Below, piece by piece: positions 53,878 through 62,295 of a DNA stretch of 64,000 nt (positions are counted from its first letter, which is position 1; each line of letters begins with the position of its first letter). The notes under the pieces were generated by a model. It saw only the letters and a program-made list of their open reading frames with translations, made no database searches and was not told the DNA's origin. The stretch comes from an uncultured Alphaproteobacteria bacterium (GTDB lineage Bacteria > Pseudomonadota > Alphaproteobacteria > Rhizobiales > Xanthobacteraceae). Both the position numbers and the translations under genes were made by a program. The stretch spans positions 56,814 to 120,813 of the forward strand of contig CAVVWF010000014.1 in NCBI GenBank assembly GCA_963751855.1, written 5' to 3'.

Positions 53878-54000
53878 GCGCCGCGTAACAGCGAGCGAAT
53901 GACTGCTCGCTATGGTTGTTGCCGGGGACACTGGACTGGTCATCATTCCCGCTTATCTTGGTGCGACGCGTTCGGTGCGCTTCGGATGGAGGAGACAGGC

Positions 54001-54607
54001 ATGGCGACGACCCGAGGCTTTACCGGACGCCCGCAGCCGCCGGACCTGAGCAAGCGCATTCCGCCGGGACAGCATCTTGAGGAAGACTTTCCGGTTTTGA
54101 GTGCCGGGCCGACGCCGCGCATCCGGATCGAAGACTGGACCTTCACGCTCAAGGTCGGCCCCAGGCCCGTGAAGAAATGGACGTGGACCGAGTTCAACGC
54201 GCTGCCGATCACGACCATGACGCGCGACATTCACTGCGTCACCACCTGGACCAAGCTCGACACCGCATGGGAAGGTGTGCTGGTCGATGACATTCTCAAG
54301 GCAGCGGGCGTTGAGCCGCCGACGCCGTTCGTTCTGGCGCATTCGCTCGACGGCTATTCCACCAACGTGCCGATGCAGGATCTTAGCCGAAAAGGCGATG
54401 GTGGCGCTGCGCTATGACGGCGAGCCGCTGGACAGCGACCATGGCGGCCCGGCGCGGCTGTTGGTGCCGCATCTCTATTTCTGGAAGTCGGCCAAATGGC
54501 TCAACGGTCTCCAGTTCACGGAGCGCGACGAAGCAGGATTTTGGGAGCTTCGCGGCTATCACATGTATGGTGATCCGTGGCGTGAACAGCGCTTCTCTGG
54601 AGATTGA
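54001..54607 (+). CDS. sulfite oxidase-like molybdopterin oxidoreductase (frameshift near 54385)
   Basis: RIPPGQ, DIHCVTTW, HGGPARLLVPHLYFWKSAKW, GFWELRGYH. Confidence 0.88.
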
Positions 54608-54615
54608 GTCCACGC

Positions 54616-55362
54616 ATGTCAGAAGGCCCTGTACGCTGGCAGACCGCCACCGTGATCGATATCGTCGTGCGCACGCCGCGCATCAAAAGTTACTTCCTCT
54701 CGCTCGAGCATCCGTTCCCGTTCACGGCGGGGCAGCATGTCGACATTCGGCTCACTGCGCCTGACGGTTATCAGGCGATGCGCAGCTATTCCATCGCGTC
54801 GGCGCCGGAGCACGGCACCAGCATCGAGCTTGCCGTCGAGCAGCTGAAAGACGGCGAGGTGTCGGGCTTCATGCATGATGTCGTCGTGGTCGGCGACGAG
54901 ATCGAGGTGAGGGGACCGCTGGGCGGACACTTTATATGGTCTGTCGCGGACGGTGGTCCGCTGCTGTTGCTGGGCGGCGGCTCCGGTGTTGTCCCGCTGG
55001 TGTCCATGGTGCGTCATCTGAAGGCGGCGCATCTGGCGGCATCGACCGTTCCGGCGCTTCTTCTGCTCTCGGCGCGCACATGGGACGAAGCCCTCTATCG
55101 CGACGAACTCTCGTCGCTGAAGGAGGAGATGCCCGGCTTCAAGTTTGTGTTGAGTCTCACGCGCGAAACCACTGAGCACGGTCAGGATTTCGGACGGCGC
55201 ATCGATGCTGCGATGGTGGCCGATGTGGTGAAGCGTCTGCCGGGACCGCCGGTGCATGTCTTCGTCTGCGGGTCGAATGCGTTCGCGAATGCCGCGGCGG
55301 ACGGCGCGCTGGCGGCCGGCATTCCTGCCGCATTGATCCGAACCGAACGATACGGCGGTTAA
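54616..55362 (+). CDS. FAD/NAD(P)-binding ferredoxin reductase-like oxidoreductase
   Basis: GQHVD, RSYSIAS, GEVS, GGSGVVP, VCG. Confidence 0.9.
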   Translation: MSEGPVRWQTATVIDIVVRTPRIKSYFLSLEHPFPFTAGQHVDIRLTAPDGYQAMRSYSIASAPEHGTSIELAVEQLKDGEVSGFMHDVVVVGDEIEVRGPLGGHFIWSVADGGPLLLLGGGSGVVPLVSMVRHLKAAHLAASTVPALLLLSARTWDEALYRDELSSLKEEMPGFKFVLSLTRETTEHGQDFGRRIDAAMVADVVKRLPGPPVHVFVCGSNAFANAAADGALAAGIPAALIRTERYGG

Positions 55363-55406
55363 GACATGGTGGCTAAGACATTGTGTGAGGCGGAGAGCGT
55401 ATCATC

Positions 55407-56759
55407 ATGACAGAACAACTCGCTCAGGACGCCTCAGCCACTCCCGCGCGACCGCCATTTATTAACCGGGCCACGTTTGCCGTCACCATCGGCAACATGC
55501 TCGAGTTCTACGATTTCATTACCTACAGCTTTTTCGCGATCCAGATCGGCCGCACGTTTTTCCCCACCCATGGCGAGTTCGGCAGCCTGATGCTGTCGCT
55601 GGCGACATTCGGTGCCGGCTTCATCACAAGGCCGATCGGCGCGCTCGTGCTCGGCACCTATTCGGACCGCGTGGGCCGCAAGCCCGCGATGATCCTGAGT
55701 TTCACCATGATGGGATCTGCCATCATCGTGCTGGCGCTGACACCGTCCTATGAGAGCATCGGCATTGCCGCACCGATCATCGCCATCCTCGCGCGCATGG
55801 TGCAGGGCTTCTCGCTCGGCGGCGAAGTTGGTCCCACCACGGCGTATCTGCTGGAAGCTGCAGCACCGGGCAGGCGAGGGCTCGCGGTGTCGTGGCAGCC
55901 TGCGAGCCAGCAGATCGCCGCCACGATCGGTGCGCTGGTCGGCGTTATTCTGTCAGAGACCATGAGCCCCGCCGCGCTTGATGCCTATGGCTGGCGCATC
56001 GCCTTTCTGCTCGGGGCGGTTTGCCTTCCGTTCGGTCTGTGGATGCGCAGCGGCTTGCCGGAAACCTTGCATCTGCCAGAGGACGCGCAAGAGAGCGGGC
56101 AAAAGAGCGCGACACCTTCGCCGGAGTCCGCAATCAAAGCGCCAATCAAACCGCCCAGTGCGGTGCGCGCGCATCTGCGCCTGCTGATCCTCGGCCTGCT
56201 GGTGCTCGCGAGCGGAACGATCATCACCTACGTCACGCAATACATGACGACTTATGCCGAGAACACGCTGCATGTGCGCCCGGGACTTGCGTTCGCCACC
56301 ACCGTGGTGAGCAACGCGCTGGGTCTTGCGGGCGTACTTTATGGCGGCTGGCTCGCGGACCGTTACGGGCGCTGGCCGATCATGGTGTGGCCGCAGCTCG
56401 CAGCGCTCGTGCTGACCTATCCGGTGTTTCTGTGGATCGTGAACACCCACAGCGCGCTGGCGCTGCTCGGCGGCTTCGGCGTGTTGTCGCTGATCGGCAG
56501 CATTCCCTACAGCGCGTTCTATGTGGCGCTGGCGGAGGGATTGCCGAAGCACATTCGCGGCGGCGCGTTCGCGATCATTTACGCGGTGGCGATTGCCTTG
56601 TTCGGCGGCACCGCGCAACTGGTGGTGACGTGGCTCATTCATGTCACCGGCAACGCACTCGCGCCTGCGTGGTACATGCTGTTCGCCACCGCCGTCGGCC
56701 TTGCCGCCATGACGATGATGCGTGAGACCGCGCCGGGGAAGCGCGTGACCCGAGAGTGA
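55407..56759 (+). CDS. MFS transporter (metabolite:H+ symporter type)
   Basis: GNMLEFYDF, DRVGRK, QGFSLGGE. Confidence 0.92.
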   Translation: MTEQLAQDASATPARPPFINRATFAVTIGNMLEFYDFITYSFFAIQIGRTFFPTHGEFGSLMLSLATFGAGFITRPIGALVLGTYSDRVGRKPAMILSFTMMGSAIIVLALTPSYESIGIAAPIIAILARMVQGFSLGGEVGPTTAYLLEAAAPGRRGLAVSWQPASQQIAATIGALVGVILSETMSPAALDAYGWRIAFLLGAVCLPFGLWMRSGLPETLHLPEDAQESGQKSATPSPESAIKAPIKPPSAVRAHLRLLILGLLVLASGTIITYVTQYMTTYAENTLHVRPGLAFATTVVSNALGLAGVLYGGWLADRYGRWPIMVWPQLAALVLTYPVFLWIVNTHSALALLGGFGVLSLIGSIPYSAFYVALAEGLPKHIRGGAFAIIYAVAIALFGGTAQLVVTWLIHVTGNALAPAWYMLFATAVGLAAMTMMRETAPGKRVTRE

Positions 56760-56774
56760 TCGAAGTCAACGACA

Positions 56775-56830
56775 TAAAACGATCAGAAAACCTGAAACGA
56801 TCAGAGCACTTAAAACGATCAGAATACTTG
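56775..56830. repeat. tandem repeat of AAACGATCAGA-containing 18-bp unit, 3 copies
   Basis: directly visible. Confidence 0.8.
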
Positions 56831-56912
56831 GCGCGACCGAAACGTCTGTTTCTGGCGCAAAGCCGTCATCGGCATTTACTTAGATCTAGCGTCGATCGGG
56901 ACGGCTGTGGAG

Positions 56913-57965
56913 CTAGTCGTCTTCCAGGTGCGATTTGCTGTGGCGGAGGGCGGTGGGCCTACCACCACCCGGTTTTACCGATTTAGGCGTATTGCTGCGG
57001 TTTTCCGCCACCATCACGCGCCAGCGGGCCAGACGCTCCGATCTGAGTGTGCCGTTGGACACCGCCGCGCTGACCGCGCAACCCGGCTCGTGGTCGTGAG
57101 TGCAATCGCGAAACTTGCAGAGCGGGGCGAGCTCGGTGATTTCTGCGAACAACTCATCGATACCCGCGGCGGCGTCGCTGACATGGAGGGTGCGCATTCC
57201 CGGCGTATCGATCACCCAGCCACCACTCGACATCGCATGAAGCGAGCGTGAGGTGGTCGTGTGACGTCCTTGGGCATCATGCTCTCGAATGCTCCCGGTC
57301 TGCTGAAGCTGGTCCGGCGCCACACCCGCCAGCGCGTTGACCATGGTGGATTTCCCCACCCCCGATGAGCCGACCAGCGCCACCGTCTGTCCTTCACCGC
57401 ACCAGGCACGCAGGTCGCCGGTGGCATCGCCACTACGGGGATTGCAGACGACTACCGGCAGTCCCCGCTGCAGCGCGACTGCCTGCTCAAGGTATGACTT
57501 GGCATCCTCAGCGAGGTCGGCTTTGGTCAGCAGAATCACCGGCGTGATGCCGGCTTCATTGGCCAATGCTACATAGCGTTCCAGCCGGGTGACGTTGAAC
57601 TCTGCATTGCATGACGTGACGACAAATAGCGTATCGATATTGGCGCCGGCGAGTTGCGGTGACCGGTTGCCCTCGGTGCGCCGCCCCAGCACTGTCTTGC
57701 GCTCAAGGCGGCGGTGTATCAGGAAAGATTGCGGGTCGGCGAGCGCCCAGTCACCGACGGCAAAATCACCGGTGTTGCTCCTGGCCGGAAGCATCGGTCT
57801 GATCAAACCAATCTCGGATATTCCAGTGATGCGCGTCCGATGGACGGCGGAGATGCGGACTGGCAAAACGCTTGCCTCATCCGGCAAGATCTGGTCGCCG
57901 AAGAAATCAGACCATCCCAGATCTGCAAGTGACGATCCAGGCAACCCGTCTGAATGGGTTGTCAC
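56913..57965 (-). CDS. rsgA: ribosome small subunit-dependent GTPase
   Basis: circularly permuted TKAD / GSSGVGKST / GRHTTT / DTPG; CKFRDCTHDHEPGC. Confidence 0.92.
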   Translation of the reverse strand: MTTHSDGLPGSSLADLGWSDFFGDQILPDEASVLPVRISAVHRTRITGISEIGLIRPMLPARSNTGDFAVGDWALADPQSFLIHRRLERKTVLGRRTEGNRSPQLAGANIDTLFVVTSCNAEFNVTRLERYVALANEAGITPVILLTKADLAEDAKSYLEQAVALQRGLPVVVCNPRSGDATGDLRAWCGEGQTVALVGSSGVGKSTMVNALAGVAPDQLQQTGSIREHDAQGRHTTTSRSLHAMSSGGWVIDTPGMRTLHVSDAAAGIDELFAEITELAPLCKFRDCTHDHEPGCAVSAAVSNGTLRSERLARWRVMVAENRSNTPKSVKPGGGRPTALRHSKSHLEDD

Positions 57966-58208
57966 TGTGCCTTCCAGCAGAAAGCTGAGTTATTCATATC
58001 CACCCCAAGGCCGGGCTTATCGATAATGATGCCTATAAACACATACACCTAGATCCGTGATAACGAAATCCGCCACGTGGGGGAGGCGCGCGCGCCTGCT
58101 GCAGTTTCGGCAAGTGGCAGCATTGCGGACATTAGACCAGCTTTCTCACCGAGTTCCTTCTCCAACTGACTTGAACCGGTAGTATCAGCCGAGCTCTGAG
58201 GGGCAGAA

Positions 58209-58310
58209 ATGAAGCGGCGCGAATTCATCGCACTGATCGGCACCTCGGCGGCATGGCCAGCCGCAGCACAGGCGCAGCAGCCGCCGACGCTAGGCTCACT
58301 CACCTCGTAG
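58209..58310 (+). pseudogene. signal-peptide remnant of an ABC substrate-binding protein
   Basis: MKRREFIALIGTSAAWPAAAQAQQP, then cut at a REP. Confidence 0.65.
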
Positions 58311-58388
58311 CGCGGATTAGCGCCAGCGTAATCCGCCGTTACAATCACGACATCGACGGGTTACGCCTTACGGCTAACCCGTCCTACG
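58306..58388. repeat. inverted pair of GTAG-type REP elements
   Basis: CGTAGCGCGGATTAGC..GCGTAATCCGC and CGGGTTACGC..GCTAACCCGTCCTACG. Confidence 0.82.
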
Positions 58389-58397
58389 CGCTCGGCC

Positions 58398-58955
58398 TCA
58401 AAGGCAAAGGCTGAGCACCTTGATGTGGCACCCGCTGGATTTGGGCCGGGCTGAGGGAGCGGCGTCACGTTTCACCGCAACAAGAGGCTCCTTGTCTCTC
58501 TTGCCCTTGCCCGGCTTCGGCTCGTAATCGCCGGCGATCACCATGGCCCAGTAGGTGCGCTTGCCGCTTGCATCCTTGGCGCTCGCAATCCCGACGCGGG
58601 AGGCATTGTGCAACAGCAGGTTCTCGCGATGCCCGGAGGAGTCGATCCACTGCCCGAGCGTCTTCTCGAAACTGTCGTAGCCGTAGGCAATGTTCTCGGC
58701 GGCGCGCCCCGCACGCGCCGGCGCGACCCGCATGGTGAACGAGCCGAGCACCTCATGACTGAGATCATTCTTCGCGGCCATCGCTCGCGCCTGCTCCAGC
58801 GCAATGCGGTCGAGGGTTGCATCACGCACGACGCGGACCTCACCATGCTTGAGGCGGAAACCGGAGATCAGTTCGGCTGGCGACTCGGCGGCCATCGCAG
58901 GCGTGGCCAGCAGCAGAAAGCCTGCGGTCACTCTGCCAACTGCGCGGCGTGTCAT
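58398..58955 (-). CDS. CAP (SCP-like) domain secreted protein
   Basis: AAENIAYG, WIDSSGHRENLL, RVGIA, YWAMV. Confidence 0.9.
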   Translation of the reverse strand: MTRRAVGRVTAGFLLLATPAMAAESPAELISGFRLKHGEVRVVRDATLDRIALEQARAMAAKNDLSHEVLGSFTMRVAPARAGRAAENIAYGYDSFEKTLGQWIDSSGHRENLLLHNASRVGIASAKDASGKRTYWAMVIAGDYEPKPGKGKRDKEPLVAVKRDAAPSARPKSSGCHIKVLSLCL

Positions 58956-59141
58956 CGTCCCCAAGTGTCCCGTGCTCCCCAAATCATCGCTAGACCCGGT
59001 CGCTTTTCCATCAGCAATGTGGACGCCTGAAGGCACGGGCGGTGTGTTCTGTTCTTGATGCTGTGGACGGCTCCTCCACCGGCACTTGAATGCCATGGAT
59101 GTGGGCGCTGTTAAGGCTCCCACGATTCAGAGGAGCGAGCC

Positions 59142-60173
59142 ATGCAGACGATCACGACAATCGGTTTGGACATCGCCAAGTCGGTCTTTCAGGTCCACGG
59201 AGTTGATGCCGCTGGCGAGGTGGTCATCCGCCGCCAGTTGAAGCGTCGCTCTGTTTTGGCGTTCTTCCAGAAGCTGCCACCGTGTCTGGTCGGCATTGAG
59301 GCGTGCGCCTCGTCGCACCATTGGTCACGCGAGCTTCAGGCACTTGGCCATACCGTGCGGCTGATGCCGCCGGCTTACGTGAAGCCCTACGTCAAGCGTC
59401 AGAAGAACGATGCAGCTGACGCTGAGGCTATTTGCGAAGCGGTCACAAGAGCCAGCATGCGGTTCGTGCCAACCAAGACGCTCGAGCAGCAGAGCTGCCT
59501 GATGCTTCACCGCACACGCCATCTGCTCATCCGCCAGCAGACCGCGGTGATCAACTCGATCCGGGCTCACCTTGCCGAGTTCGGCATTGTCGCGCCGGTC
59601 GGGCGTAAAGGAGTTACCGAACTGCTGCATGTTGTTGCCGACCCAAGCGACAAACGGGTGCCTGAGGTTGCCCGTGCGTGCCTTGCCGCGCTCGGCACTC
59701 AACTGCTCCGCCTGAAGGAGCAGATTGTGGAGTTCGATCGGATGATCATGGCCTGGCACCGGTCCAACCAAACGAGCCAGCGCCTTCATTGCATTCCCGG
59801 GGTCGGTCCGATGCTGGCGACCGCCCTGGTCGCGAGTGTTGCTGACCCCGGGACCTTCCGATCAGGACGTAACTTCTCGGCCTGGATTGGGCTCGTTCCG
59901 AAGCAACACTCGAGTGGGGGTAAGGACCGGCTCGGCAGCATCAGCAAGCAGGGCGACCGCTATCTGCGCAGCCTGTTCGTGGCCGGCGCACTCGCCGTCA
60001 TCCGCTACGCCAAGATCCACGGCACCAAGCATCGGCCCTGGCTCACGGCGTTGTTGGGGCGGCGCCCGACCAAGGTCGCCGCCATCGCGCTTGCCAACAA
60101 GATTGCGCGCATGGCCTGGGCCATGATGGCCAAGGGCGAGCGTTATAAGCAACCCGTCGCGCTGGCGGCGTAA
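59142..60173 (+). CDS. IS110 family recombinase/transposase
   Basis: GLDIAK, GIEAC, KNDAADA (DEDD); IPGVG; GLVPKQHSSGG. Confidence 0.95.
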   Translation: MQTITTIGLDIAKSVFQVHGVDAAGEVVIRRQLKRRSVLAFFQKLPPCLVGIEACASSHHWSRELQALGHTVRLMPPAYVKPYVKRQKNDAADAEAICEAVTRASMRFVPTKTLEQQSCLMLHRTRHLLIRQQTAVINSIRAHLAEFGIVAPVGRKGVTELLHVVADPSDKRVPEVARACLAALGTQLLRLKEQIVEFDRMIMAWHRSNQTSQRLHCIPGVGPMLATALVASVADPGTFRSGRNFSAWIGLVPKQHSSGGKDRLGSISKQGDRYLRSLFVAGALAVIRYAKIHGTKHRPWLTALLGRRPTKVAAIALANKIARMAWAMMAKGERYKQPVALAA

Positions 60174-60226
60174 ACGAGATCGCGCCGGACAGCCGGCGTG
60201 ATGTGAAGGTTGGGAGGGCGAACAGC

Positions 60227-60397
60227 ACGTAATGCAGAGCCGGTCGATCCGGCGGTCAGGACAACCCACTTGTGCCATCGCATTGTCGAATGCGGGTTTT
60301 TGACCGGGACCTGATCCGCGGAGGGCATTATGGCCAGCGGTCATGTGAACCGCACCTACAGGCCGAACACATGGCTGCACCGACCAATGCTGCATAC
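60227..60397 (+). ncRNA. putative bridge/seek RNA, copy 2 (boundaries approximate)
   Basis: matches copy 1; guide-like segments at 60269-60277, 60295-60302, 60367-60373. Confidence 0.7.
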
Positions 60398-60582
60398 GTG
60401 AAGAAAGTTCTTGCCAACTCGGAGCCGTCCACACATGGCACAAGGCGGGACAACAGGCGGGCGGCGAGCGCGGGGGGTAGAGTGGCTGCCCGGCCAAGGG
60501 TATCCTGCTAACGCAGCAAGGGTGCGGCGTGGGTCGTGCCGGCTGCCGCAGCCCATTTTCGCGCCAAATTAGGAGCACGCCG

Positions 60583-60906
60583 ATGACCCCGCTCGATGTA
60601 TTCGGAGGCGTCATGTACTTCCTCTTCTTCGCACCGTTCCTCTTTCCGCTGGCGCCGTGGTTCGCCAAAAGCCCGCGCGGAGCCTGGCTAGTCTGTTGCG
60701 CGGCCGTTTCCGTACTTGTCCTCCTTTTCCCGGCCATGTTTTCGTGGGGGTGTGACTGGTCAAACTGCGGCCAAGGAGCCGTTGCAATTTTCATCGTCGC
60801 TCCAGTTTGGCTGCTCTTTGCCGTGATCACGCCGCTTTCCGCCTGGGCGGCGGCGCACAAACTTGCACGCACGCCGACATCCGACCCGCCCCGGTCCGTT
60901 CCCTGA
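60583..60906 (+). CDS. small hypothetical membrane protein
   Basis: AGGAG RBS; three hydrophobic segments with a CDWSNC loop. Confidence 0.6.
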   Translation: MTPLDVFGGVMYFLFFAPFLFPLAPWFAKSPRGAWLVCCAAVSVLVLLFPAMFSWGCDWSNCGQGAVAIFIVAPVWLLFAVITPLSAWAAAHKLARTPTSDPPRSVP

Positions 60907-61213
60907 CAGGCCGCCGGTACGAGGTGTTGGAGTCAGCGCCGCTGATCTATCGCGCGTCAGCCCTCACAAACAGCTCGCACCTCACCCTCAATTGAGAATG
61001 CTCATTGTCCACTACTAAACGTCTGAAAGAGTCAAAGCGCGCTCCGAGATATCAATCCGTTCATCCGCGACAAGACCGATTACACGACGCATTGTGCCGC
61101 GAAACAGATATACGATGTCGACAAAAGTCTGTTTGCAAACAACCAGCGCTATATTGCTGCGGTGCACGAGTTTGCAGTTGGACCCATAGCAGACTCGCGG
61201 CGAAGAAATCGTA

Positions 61214-62185
61214 CTATCGCACGTGGCTTCGGACCGATCGCTTTGCCCCCGAAGCGGTCGTAAATTCCGTAGGACGCGTGACCGGGAAGATTTCGCGCAC
61301 ATATGCCCCAAGCAAACTGCAGAACGCCGTGGCGTAGCGCGGTAGGGGGCGCCGCTTGTCCCAGAACATGGCCAATGGCTCGCGCAGCGGCTTGCCCTGA
61401 TAGGTTAGGCCCACGATGCGCAATCGATATCGATCGGCACGCAAGGTTGATGGAATAATGGCAATCCCATTCCCGCCTTCTGCCATGGCCAGCAGGGTGT
61501 GCGGCGTTCTGCTTTCAAACGTGATGTTTGGTTCGAGCCCGGCGAGACGGCAGGCGGCATCAAACGTACGGCGAAAGATGTACCCGCCGTCCAAGAGCAG
61601 TAACGGGTAAGGCGCGAGATGATCGATCTCGACCGCGGCGCCTTTGCCGAACGGTAGTGAGCGATGGCAGGCGGCGAGTTGCTCGACGAATTCCAAAGGA
61701 TGGCTCCCGAAATGCCGGTCGCCGAGTTGCACCGCGTGAGCCAGGTTCTGCCCAAGGTGAACCTCGCCGCGTTCCAGCATGCCCCGGACGTCGGACCATC
61801 CGATCGCCTCGATCAATTTGACCTGTACATTAGGAAAGCGCTCCGCATATCGATGCAAGAAGCCCGAAACGCCGCCTTCGATAAATTGAGGAGAAGCTGC
61901 AACTTTCAGCACGCCGATGTCGCCGCGCCGGAGCATTTGCGCGCGTTCGTCAAGCCCGCTGGCGTAGCTCAATAGGCCGCGACAATCGTTGAGAAGTTGC
62001 TCGCCTTCTCCGGTCAGCACCAGGCCGCGCCCCAGGCGATCGAAAAGCTTGAAGCCCAATTCCTGTTCGAGCGCGGCGATCTGCCGGGACAGCGCGGGCT
62101 GTGCGATGCGAAGGCGCAACGCGGCCTTCGAGACGGTGCCGAGCTCTGCAACAGTCACAAACGTTCGCGCGTGTCGCAAGTCCAT
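61214..62185 (-). CDS. LysR family transcriptional regulator
   Basis: MDLRHARTFVTVAELGTVSKAA...AQPALSRQIAALEQELG. Confidence 0.93.
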   Translation of the reverse strand: MDLRHARTFVTVAELGTVSKAALRLRIAQPALSRQIAALEQELGFKLFDRLGRGLVLTGEGEQLLNDCRGLLSYASGLDERAQMLRRGDIGVLKVAASPQFIEGGVSGFLHRYAERFPNVQVKLIEAIGWSDVRGMLERGEVHLGQNLAHAVQLGDRHFGSHPLEFVEQLAACHRSLPFGKGAAVEIDHLAPYPLLLLDGGYIFRRTFDAACRLAGLEPNITFESRTPHTLLAMAEGGNGIAIIPSTLRADRYRLRIVGLTYQGKPLREPLAMFWDKRRPLPRYATAFCSLLGAYVREIFPVTRPTEFTTASGAKRSVRSHVR

Positions 62186-62295
62186 GCCATAATCCTATGC
62201 CGAGGCAGCATTGGAATCCAGACCATTTATGTATTGGACGCATGGGCTCCGCCCCAGGGATAATATCCGGAGATTGCTGACGGATGGAGGTCGAC

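Larger units (their letters stand above)
59056..60437 (+). mobile_element. IS110 family (IS1111 group) element, copy 2, intact
   Basis: subterminal IRs 59062-59074 and 60421-60433; TG core at both ends. Confidence 0.93.

Noticed and set aside
6003-54607. Programmed frameshifting or mass pseudogenisation in about a dozen genes
   Set aside because: Single-base indels are scattered, often near homopolymers or GC runs, in otherwise well-conserved frames. Long-read error is the simpler explanation but cannot be proven here.
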